A stretch of 64,000 nucleotides of DNA from Sphagnum compactum (Eukaryota), in NCBI GenBank assembly GCA_965153455.1, contig OZ234494.1, positions 11,098,001-11,162,000 on the forward strand. Reading direction: 5' to 3'. The position numbers were made by a program, and so were the translations under genes. The notes under the pieces are model-generated. The model searched no databases and was not told where the DNA came from. It saw only the letters and a program-made list of their open reading frames with translations. Shown in pieces: positions 53,572-64,000 of this stretch. Numbering within the stretch: the first letter of the stretch is position 1; each line of letters opens with the position of its first letter.

Positions 53572-56384
53572 ATGGCAAAGACTGGCTCTCTAGCCTTGAC
53601 GGATATGGTTGATGGGAGTGATCCAATCATCAGCAAGAAGAATCATGTGGCAGCACTTGAATCAAGTCTCTGCATAGGTAGTGTTGTGATTGAATCAGAA
53701 ACCAGCTGCTCAGATCCTCTTCGATGGGCTCGAGCAGCTGCAGAGTTACAATGCAGCCATTTAGAGGAGGTGAGAGGTATGGTGAAGACATTCACTGAGT
53801 GCAAGGAGGTGGTGCTTGAGGGTGTGAGCTTGACTGCCGCCCATGTGGCTGCAGTTGCTCGGCGACTGGAAGTAAGAGTGGTGTTGGATATTGCTGTTGC
53901 GAAGACCAGAGTGGACAAAAGCTCCAATTGGGTGCTTTCAAAAATCATGAAAGGTTCTGACATCTATGGTGTCACCACTGGATTTGGAGCAACCTCTCAT
54001 CGCCGCACTCAGCAAGGAGTAGAGCTCCAGAAGGAGCTCATCAGGTGCCTTGTTTCATGGGTCTTGAATCTCATTCAACTCCTGCTTCACACAATGGCCC
54101 AAACATAAGAGCCTCTGTTCTGTGCTTGAATCCTCTGTGCTGCTTGTGGAAGAAATACTGCTGGTTGTCATGAGTGGAATTTTTCTGACCTTGAGTTTTG
54201 GCGAACAGATTTTTGAATGCAGGAGTGTTTGGAAAGGGTGATGCAGATACGCTTCCTGCATGCACAACGCGAGCAGCTATGTTGGTGCGCACTAACACGC
54301 TGCTCCAAGGCTACTCAGGCATTCGCTGGGAAATTTTGGAGGCAATGGAGAAGCTCCTGAATGCTCATGTGACACCGAAGTTGCCACTTCGAGGCACCAT
54401 TTCATCATCAGGAGACCTTGTTCCCTTGTCATACATTGCTGGTGTGTTGTGTCAAACATGTCTGTGTGTGTCTGATGAACTCTCTATTATGCAAATTGCA
54501 TGCAACACTAGTTTTGCAGTTGAAGAACTTTGAAATGTTCTGGTTACAGTTTTGGGTCACATTTCATTCAATTGCAGGGCTTCTCACTGCAAGACCAAAC
54601 TCAAGAGCAATCACCAAGGATGGTTCTGAAGTATCAGGCGAGATTGCTCTCAGGCTTGCTGGAATACAAAAGCCATTTGAGTTGCAGCCAAAGGAAGGAC
54701 TTGCAATGGTGAATGGAACAGCCGTGGGTTCTGCCTTGGCATGCACTGCATGCTTCGATGCCAATGTGCTGGTCCTGCTTGCTGAAGTCCTTTCAGCTCT
54801 CTTTTGTGAGGTGATGCAGGGGAAGCCTGAATTTGCAGATCCCTTGACTCACAAACTGAAGCATCACCCAGGTCAAATTGAGGCTGCAGCCATCATGGAA
54901 TGGCTCCTTGCTGGAAGCTCATACATGAAGGCAGCTGCAAAACTGCATGAGACTGATCCTTTGAAGAAACCCAAGCAGGACCGTTATGCTCTTCGTACTT
55001 CCCCACAATGGCTCGGTCCTCAGGTACCATCACCAAGCAAATCACTGTTTTGTTGTGTTCGTTTCTTGACACCTCTGAGCCTTTCATCCCTGCTTGAACA
55101 ACAACAAAGCAGGGATTTTGTTCAAAATCCCCACTTTGTCATTGTTCAGAGATTTCTTTCTTGGCAAAATATCTTCTCTCTGGTCACACTGAATGCAAGC
55201 ACTAGGATCAGGAAAAAGATGTGCAAGAAAAGAGTTGCAAAAGATGACGAAGCCAAAAGGGATGTTACCAGCAAGAAGCAACTGATGGTCTCTGGTGTTG
55301 TCAGGTAGAGGCAATACGGTATGCCACACATGCCATCCAGAGGGAGATCAATTCAGTAAATGACAACCCACTCATTGATGCTGCAGGAGACAGGGCTGTC
55401 CATGGTGGAAACTTCCAAGGAACCGCCATCGGGGTCTCAATGGACAACTTACGGCTGGCCATTGCTGCTATTGGCAAGCTCATGTTTGCACAATTCTCTG
55501 AGCTTGTGAATGATTATTACAACAATGGGCTGCCTTCAAACCTCAGTGGAGGGCCTAATCCAAGCCTGGATTATGGCATGAAGGGAGCAGAGATAGCTAT
55601 GGCTTCATATCTCTCAGAACTTAACTACCTTGCGAATCCAGTGACAACCCATGTTCAAAGTGCTGAGCAACACAACCAGGATGTGAACTCTCTTGGGTTG
55701 GTGTCTGCACGCAAGACAGAAGAATCCATCCAAATTCTGAAGCTCATGAGTTCAACATACCTGGTGGCTCTTTGCCAGGCAATTGATCTGCGCCATATCG
55801 AGGAGATGATGCAGGCCACTGTAAAGCAAATTGTTGCACAAGTGGCAAAGAAGACTTTGTTTGCAGGAGCAGATGGCACTCTTCTACCATCACAATTTGC
55901 TGAGAAGGATCTACTGCAGGTAGTGGACCATCAACCACCATTCACATACATCGACAATGCTTCCAGCCAGACTTACCCACTCATGGAAAAGCTCCGACAA
56001 GTGCTAGTTGAGCACACACTCAAGAGCTCCACCAGTGAGAACCCTGCACCCACCTCCATTTTCCACAAAATCTCCAACTTCGAGGAGGAGCTGAAGGAGA
56101 GGTTAGATGCTGAAGTTCCTCATGTGCGAGAAGCATATGACAACAACAAGGGTTACTCCCCAGTTCCCAACAGAATTACAGATTGTCGGACATACCCTCT
56201 CTACAGATTTGTTCGCTCTGAACTCCAAACCCAGCTACTGTCAGGCTTGCAGACCATCTCTCCTGGTGAAGAGATTGAAAAGGTCTATGAAGCTATCTTG
56301 GATGGCAAACACGTTGCCCCTTTGATGCAGTGCATTGATGGCTGGACTGGAGTTCCAGGTCCTTTTCTCTGCAGATCTATCTAA
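53572..56384 (+). CDS. PAL: Phenylalanine ammonia-lyase, 743 aa, 4 coding exons, Ser-Ser-Gly MIO triad
   Basis: Exons 53572-54044, 54209-54441, 54578-55023 and 55305-56384 total 2232 nt in an open frame. Motifs [76 protein letters not shown] and [13 protein letters not shown]. Confidence 0.97.
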
Positions 56385-56986
56385 GGACAAAAGTACACTG
56401 AAGCTAAGATCTAAATTTCACACTCCAAAATTCATCTCTCCACAAGATTCATTTGAAGTTGTTGCCTTCTGAAAAGTGATGAGTTATGATATACTATCAC
56501 AGCATTTGCAACTGAGAGAAACTGTGAAGGAATGACACAGAAGTCAAGGCTCTTACTTTCAAGCATCAACATGAAAGTTTTAACTGATAAGGAGTCGCTC
56601 TTCCAGTGAATAAGCCAAAAAGAACAGTGAGCTTCATTTCTGACAAAGTGATTGAGAACACCACACACAAGAGACCAGCGATGTAGATTTGCACTTACAA
56701 TGAACGACATCATACACGAAGTGCAACAGTTATAGAACCTTTGCCTGATTGAACTGTCAAAAATGGAGAACTCAACTTTATCTCCCAATTGGACAATGAG
56801 AAATCTTCCCCATAGTTGCAAAGAGAAATTTTTAACTGACTTTCTGCATCCAGCATCAGCCCAAGTGCAAGATGCTTCTAGACAACACAAATGCAACCTC
56901 AATTATCCTCCACATACTAATCCACATTATGACAAAAACTGTAAAGCCCTGATTGAAACTTGCTCAAACCTGGAACTCCAAAATTA

Positions 56987-59900
56987 CTAGAATCTCAGGA
57001 CTGTGGGTATATAATAGCTGTAAGCCTCATAGTTAATGGTTTGCCCAAGTGTACTTAGCCTTGAGAATGCTGTAATAAGATCCACCTGCCACAAAAAAGG
57101 TAAGATTTGTGTCAGCACTAATCAGGTTCTGAATACAATACATCATCTCCTCACATCTGCTTCAAGAAACTGACACAAAATCTGTCTTCCAGGGCTAAAC
57201 CACATTTTCAAACCCTATTCCCTCTGCTCCCTCGTGTTTGTGAAATGATCAAGACGTTGGGGAGGTTGCCTTTTACCTCATAGTCAGTCTGAGAGACTGT
57301 TTTCCTGCTGTCCTGATATTTCTTCACCCAAGGGGCAATATCAGGGTCAGTGGCTAGCTTCACCTCTGTCTCAACTTGATTGGGGCCAAGGAATGCAGAT
57401 AAAACTGCCACCTGTGTGATATCCCAACAAACTACACTTAGAATGTAAAAAGACCAAGATCTGCATATGGATTTGGGTTCAAATTGATAGGAGCACAGTA
57501 ACAGCAGCAGTAGGTGAATCTGGATTTTTTTCCTTACCTGTCGTGGCTTGAATCCCAAGTTGGCAAACCTTTCCTTAATCTCTGCTGGTGATGCTTTCTC
57601 CCATGATAGCACTCTTCCATCTGGATCAGGTTCTGATGTCTCAAAGCGACCTAATAGCTTGTCAAATTGACTCCACTGTAGGATGACAGAGAGAAAGCAA
57701 GTCAGATGGATCGGAAGTTCATGCCATTGAACAGGCAGAAGGGAATCCAGAAGTTGTATACCCAGATGCAAGATTTAAAAATACAGAATCTCTGCCCGAG
57801 CCAAAAGGGAGAGGAAAGTGTGCTCAACCTGCCCATTTGAGCCATATGCACCATATAGTTGGAGACCCTTTTGCTCATTACCTCCACACTTGCGGATTGC
57901 TGAGTCAATGAATGTTCTCTTGCAGGCTGATTGTGCTGCCAAACAACACATTAAAAAAGACTAAATGGTAAGGTAAGGATCTCAGTGGAATCTGGACATA
58001 ATACAATTTAAACCATCAGCCTTCACCCTATTTTCCTGAAATATAATTCAATGAACTGGCTTAGACAGCAAACAGTGATCCACAAAGCCATACATGCAAC
58101 GATAATAAATTTGCAAGCAAAGCACGGCAATGCAACAGGAATGTATACCTCCTATGTGAATGAGATCAGACCAAGTAATGGGACCACCCTTAGCCCCTTC
58201 ATCAATCTCCTTCTTCAGATCTTGAAGCACGTTTATTGCTTTCTCTAGCCCTTGGTTTTCTGGCCTGCTCAGCTCTGTACTGCACACCATTAATGTCAGG
58301 CAGGTTTTTTAGCAGACGAGACAATTGGCAACAACAAGCAAACAAACAAACAACAAACAACAAGCCAAGCTAACAAAAGGTCTTAGCAAGAAAGGCAGGG
58401 ATGTACCGTACTGATCCATTGGCTCCACCAGTCTTGGAGCCCTGTTCAACATTCAAGCACAAATAGCAAAGTTACAAATACTTCGTGTGTTCTACAGAAA
58501 CTTGTGGTGTCAAAAGTGATGAGTGATGATGCCTTGAGAGCAGGTGTTGGAGAAGAAAAAAGGTATAGACATGACCCCCAAAAAAACTTCCTTCTGTCCT
58601 TCAAAGTGGCTGAAAACACAAACCTTATCATAGGTTAAAGCATCATTAAGGGATAAACGTAGCAAGTCTGGCACCAGTTCTGGACTAGCCTGCATAATCA
58701 TCCAATACAAGTCCACAAATTCATAAACTCCATGATAGCACCAGACAAAAATTGCCACCATAGCTACACCACCTCCACAAAACCATGACCAATTGCATGG
58801 TGAAACTTTGGTGAATAGATTATTCAAGGATGAGAGGAGAAGGAAAAACAAAAATAACACTCCCAAAATACATCAAAGTGTCTAAAGGAAGAATAAGTCA
58901 TATGAGGAAATTGACCTTGATAGCAGCTTGAAGCTTCTCCTTCACACTAGCTTCACCCCCACCATACCATTGACCAAAGGAAAACAGGTTAGAGAACAGG
59001 AATCACCAAGTGACTTTGAAATTTGTCAAAATGGTTTTGAGTTCTTTGTATCAGATTTTTTGGAGGCACCTTTTACAGCAGCCAAGTACAGAAAAGAGAA
59101 ACTGAATGCTCATCTGCTTGATGATAAACCTATTTCATGTGCAGAAGAATTTTGTAGAGCAATTGGGAAAAGCTCCAGAGCTCCTCATTGAGGAAGAATA
59201 TTTCATGAAAGGATGTGAAAGAGGAGATCACATCTCATTCTTCAGGGAAAGAAAACCAATGCAAAGAAAACTGAGAAATGCTTCAAACTCAAGAAGAATC
59301 TCCAGTGAATGAGGGGAAATTTTATTTGTACTTAGAAATTTCGATCGCTGTTGTCTCTGAATCAAATCAGCAGCATTTGCTTCTGGAGTCATCGGTGACA
59401 AGCTCCACACTCCTGCCTGCATGCATCACAATCCCTCAATAATGCCAGGTGTGTTTTTTGATCTTTTGTCAAAATTCCAGATTTCAGTAGTTTTGCAGTG
59501 TGAAGAAAAAAACGGAAATGAAAAGAAAAGAAACTTTCTTTGGAGAAACACACAAATCTCTCTCTCTCTTTCTGTCTCTCGCTCTCTCTCAATTTTTGGT
59601 GGCCTTCAGTGATGGAAAATACTTACGGCAATGGTGGAAGCACCGAGAGCAACGAAAATGTCCCGTCTCTTGACTGACGACGACGACGACGCTTCTTCAT
59701 CATCCGCATTGGCTGCTGCTATCTGGCATCTGATGCCAACCTAAACAATCATCGCATGGTAGAGCCATTAAAAAAAACCAGAAGAGTAACTGCGTCGGAG
59801 CATCAGCATTACTCCATACAACCAATCCACTGAAAAAAAGCTAGACAAAAAAGCAAGCATATCCATGACCAAAAGAACCATGACAGATGATAATAATAAT

Positions 59901-60242
59901 AATAACAATAATAGAAAGCATTTGCATCAAACACACACGGAAGGCATGAATCGATAATCCTTGAAATCAAAAACCGAAAACCGCAGCTCACAACACACAA
60001 TTTTCTTTCTTCCGATTCAGCAAATAGACAAACCAAAAGAGAAAGAAAGAAAGAAAGCAAGCCGCACACACCTTGACAGCAGAAGAAGAAGCAGCCGCAG
60101 GAGCAGCAGCAACAAAAACTCCAACTCCGGATACGGAACGAGATGAGGAAGGAAGGCGAGCAGAGCTAGTAAAGGAGGGAGAAGAAGCGAGCAACGTCAA
60201 TGACGAAGAAAGCGCGCAAGAAGAAGCCAAGAGAGCCGCCAT
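56987..60242 (-). CDS. TL29: Thylakoid lumen 29 kDa protein (ascorbate peroxidase-like APX4/TL29), 371 aa
   Basis: Eleven GT-AG exons: 60242-60072, 59740-59627, 59416-59332, 58950-58916, 58689-58624, 58441-58407, 58279-58149, 57935-57829, 57675-57538, 57411-57277 and 57085-56987 (1116 nt). Ser/Ala-rich transit peptide, Tat motif KRRD, ANA|ADLIQRQQR cleavage site, LNDALTYDK, GGANGS, AIRKCGGNE, SQTDYEVDLIT and INYEAY. Confidence 0.95.
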
Positions 60243-60479
60243 CGCTGCACACCTCTCGTCTCCCGTCTCTCTCTCTCTCTCTGTGCTTGTGTGTCTCGTC
60301 TCCTCTTCCAAAACAAACCCACCTTGAAAACCAAAGTGGAACTTGCACTATGCCAAAATGATAACTTATATTATTATTTTTATTTTTATATCACATATGT
60401 TTTATTTATCCAATCCTCCAATGTGACTAAATATAAAGCACATAATAATCAATTTTATTTTTTTCAGGAATTTCTATAA

Positions 60480-60775
60480 GTAGCTAAAATGATGTTTTCC
60501 GTAAAAACAAGTTTAAAAAGTGACGATCATCCCTAGGAACATTTAGCCATAAATATGGATATAAACCAGAAATTAACTAAAAAATCTTTTAATCATCCCG
60601 ATACATTTTTGGCTACAAAACGAAAACCAAGTACATTAAAAAAAAATCTAGCAATTTTTCTAACCCTTTTTTCCCTCTCACAGTTCTAGCCACTAAAAAC
60701 CTCCAAAACCACCTTTTTCACATTTAAAGATTTTTTAAAAATTTAGTTTCATGGCGAAATTTCGCCATTAAAAAA
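60480..60775. repeat. Dispersed repeat (inverted relative of 4297-4810) upstream of TL29
   Basis: GACGATCATCC...TTTAGCC...TTTTTGGCTACA...AAAACCTCCAAAA...ATGGCGAAATTTCGCCAT is the reverse complement of motifs at 4297-4810. Confidence 0.6.
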
Positions 60776-61230
60776 ACGCTCATAATAATAATAATAATAA
60801 TAATATACTAATACTGATGATAGTAATATGATAGGATGAGTAATAAAATAAATTGAAAACAGATAAAATGATTTTTTTTTTTAAAAATTTTTTTAAAAGG
60901 ATAAATGAGTGCTGGCTGCCAGTCACTACCTACGTAGGTGGCGTTTGGTAGGCTAGGGAGTGATGTGGGGGTGTTGTTTGGTTCCTTATCCTCTGCTGCT
61001 GGGCCCACTTGCGTGCCACCAAAGTGGGCTAGGTTAATCTGTACTCAGTCTTTTGTAGTCCGGTTCTTTAAAAGCTCACTCTGCTCTGCCTATTCCTTTT
61101 GCTTTTGTTGGCAAACAGAGTTTTTCTCTTCTTTTTTTCTTTCTTTTTTAATTTTAATTTTAAAAAGCTGGCGAAATTTTTCTATTTTTTAACAAAAAAA
61201 AATTTTGGAAATTTTTGGTGAGGGCTCTTA

Positions 61231-61610
61231 TTTGTTGGCTCCTTATTCAGAAAATGGCCCCGGTTATCAACAAGGGTATTATTAGTGTTTGTTGGCTCCT
61301 TATTCAGAAAATGTGCGCGGTTATCAGCAAGGGTCCAAGGGTAAGTTATTCATTGGTGACTTGTTAGGTCTGAAATTGGTTAAGAACCAAACACAAACCT
61401 TACTTATTTGGTTTTTTTTTTCCTGGTCTTATTACTAGTGTTTTGTTGGTTTGTTATTTGGAAAAATGCCGGTTATCAACAACGGCCCAAGGGTAAATTG
61501 TTCATAAGTGTCTTGTTGGGTCTGAAATCGGTTAAGAACCAAACAAAAACGTTACTTATTATTATTGAGTATACATTTCATCTTGTTATTAGTGTTTGTC
61601 GGTTATCAAT
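61231..61610. repeat. Degenerate tandem repeats
   Basis: TTTGTTGGCTCCTTATTCAGAAAATG...GGTTATCA.CAAGGGT occurs twice. A ~150-bp block (GGTTATCA...CCAAGGGTAA...TCTGAAAT.GGTTAAGAACCAAAC) is duplicated. Confidence 0.75.
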
Positions 61611-64000
61611 AATGGTTAGTATTTAATCATTTAAAAAAAATCATAGCTTTATTTCTTGAATTTTTATAGCTTTTTATTCATTTTTTAATATTAAATTGAG
61701 TTTCATAGATACAAAAAGACAATTTAGAGTTGTGATATTAGCAAATTTTGTTTGATAAAAGCAAGATGATCTAGTTTAGAACAATATTTTATCAAAGTGT
61801 GTTTGATAAAAACCAGACGATAATCTCGAACAACAATTTTACAAGTATTTTGTTTGAGTGTTCAATGAAAGATGAAAAATAAGAAATTATAAGAAATTTC
61901 ATTTATTTCTATTTTCAAAAAAGTTACAAATGAAGAAGAAAGAAAGGTTGCACTACAACATAACATAGACTTCCTCAATGCATATGTTGTACTAATCAAC
62001 ACCATTTCAAAGCAAGTGGGAAAATGGCCAATAAGTAGGTCACACAAGTTTGTTGCAAAGTAGACTAAGAGATTGAACACGAGTGAAAGGAAGGGCAACA
62101 CAAAAGGATTCAAAAACGGTAGAAGACAAATGAGGAATACATCGATTAGTTTTTACCAAATCTTTGGCCACCCATCAAGTTGTGAAGAAACATAATAATA
62201 ATTCACAAGACATGCACTTCTTCAAAACAACATACAAGAAGCCATGAGTTCCAAGTCTATATGAGAAACTAGGAAGGGCAAGTTTGTGAGATTGGTTTAC
62301 ACCTTAAAGTGATTTGAAATCAAATGACATCTCAAGTGCATAGCAACTTGAGATTGCAATTTAAAAAATAAACAAAATATGTTGGTACTTGAGTAGTACC
62401 CAATGCTTCAAGATACCTTGGTTATTATGTTACAAGAAATGAGAAGGGGGGTTAATCACTTGCTACCTCAACAAATAACCCATTGTGCATGGGAAGGTAA
62501 AGTCTTTTGCTCTTGAAATCATTCATGATGCACATGGAGGTTTCAAGGTCACAAGAAAATGGATTCGTCAATTCTTAAGACAATATATGAATTGGACTTT
62601 CAAAATGATAACAACTGCAATAAGTATACTTCTTGTTTATTAGAAAGAACAAAGGCAAGACATAAGTTTCAAAGTTACTTACCTTTTCATGTAACTTCAA
62701 TGAGAAAACAAGGGTACAAAACATACCAGAGTTTTAGGGCTAAAAGATAAATGACAAGTGACATTTTTCCTTTTATCATTTGCAAATTGGTTATTGCTCC
62801 TTCTTCGAGTCATATTTACACATACCACACATAGAATAATACTGCTTGCAGACAATGAAAAAAAATTCATCTGTAGCAATAGTGGATGGGATCTCATTTT
62901 AATGAGAATCATTGGTTAACTTTGGAGATTGGTACAAAAAAACTTGTTCAAAAATCTTGTTGCTATATTTGTATCCATAGATCAAATAATTGGCTTTACC
63001 AAAATATCATAAAATGATTTGGTTATTGGATTGTTGGTCAATACACAAGAGCAAGGAGCTTTTTAATTCAATGAAGGAAGATCACCTTCAACATTTTGAT
63101 CATTTTAAATGAATTACAACCTATCAAGGTGATTTTCCAAAAATCACTAAAACATGTTTTTAAAGTTCAATTGGGTGCAAATGGGATAAGAAGAACCATT
63201 AGCAATGTTTAAACAATTCTTGAATTTAGTTTTGATTGTGTTGAACAAACTACTTAAACAATGTTTATTTATTTATTTAAAATTGTTTCAGATTTTTAAA
63301 ATATAATTTATGATCATTGCATTACTTTCAAACTTATCCAAATGCTAGAGTAATATATAAAGGTGTGTCACAAATAAAACTACATTCTCAACATTAATTT
63401 AATGTGAAACACCCTTTTTAATATATTAATTTATGGACTAGTTATCAAAAGATTGGTTCTTTTGTTCATGTTTACATCCAATTCAATACATGGATAGTAG
63501 TAATTATGAAAGAATGGATGGACAATGGACAAGAACCTTGTATTGACTTAAAGATGAATAACTTCAAACCCAAAGTGTATACATGGTTGCATGTTGCATG
63601 GATGAAGATTAAGGATATGATGAGCATGATTGTGAAGGGATGGGACAAGACATGATTCACAAGAACATTCAAACTTGATTTTTAACTTGATGCATTGGAG
63701 GCTAATGCTGTTACACCATTGTTCACAATTATTAAAACATTGAGGAGCAAATGGAAGAAGATTTGGATGATGACCCTACATTGTTAATATCAACAATTAT
63801 GGAAGAGTGTGCGCAGGAAAATTTTGTTTTAGTTTAGTCATCAACTATACATGTATGAACACATCAAAAATCTAAAATGAAAAAGTTAGTTAAGAAAAAA
63901 ATGTGAAAAAAGGCTAAAGTTACTTATTGTAGCATTTTGTCAAAAACTCCCTAATATGTTTTTACACTAGCCCATAATATTTTCAAACTTTGATGCTCAC

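Noticed and set aside
54033-54108. ELIRCL in the ORF track, reminiscent of Taxus phenylalanine aminomutase
   Set aside because: The C-L residues come from reading into intron 1 (AG|GTGCCT). The spliced protein reads ELIRFLNAG.
56432-56902. 156-aa minus-strand ORF between PAL and TL29
   Set aside because: It starts at a non-ATG codon, has no recognisable motif, and lies in the 3'UTR region.
37100-60242. MSRA + PAL + APX-like gene as an oxidative-stress or biosynthetic cluster
   Set aside because: The genes are separated by ~15 kb of TE debris and act in unrelated pathways and compartments. TL29 is not regarded as an active ascorbate peroxidase, and no tailoring enzymes lie next to PAL.
61860-63800. 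Coding-like decayed sequence (also ~14300-15600, 40040-41000, 46500-47800)
   Set aside because: Probably old transposase debris, but no diagnostic motif or termini could be identified by eye.

Overview
Eukaryotic, intron-rich land-plant DNA with AT-rich, transposon-littered intergenic space. Its overall style suggests a moss such as Sphagnum, but that is inference only. Five spliced protein genes could be rebuilt by hand: (1) the 5' part of a FEI-type LRR receptor kinase (minus, runs off the left edge); (2) an unrecognised ~157-aa protein built from alternating AP[FY]AT and APW motifs (plus, 32933-35940), with an apparent 2-nt frameshift, a GC donor in exon 2 and a dense GTAC (SBP/SPL core) cluster upstream; (3) methionine sulfoxide reductase A (minus, 170 aa); (4) a 4-exon phenylalanine ammonia-lyase (plus, 743 aa) whose MIO-forming triad is Ser-Ser-Gly instead of Ala-Ser-Gly; (5) thylakoid-lumen TL29/APX4 (minus, 11 exons, 371 aa). 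The intergenic DNA holds a 6.8-kb decayed hAT element with nested insertions, a second hAT transposase relic, CACTA, hAT and TA-target MITEs (several with TSDs), two copies of a Helentron/Helitron2-like element, and several minisatellites. No rRNA, tRNA or CRISPR features were recognised. Most short ORFs in the supplied track are noise.
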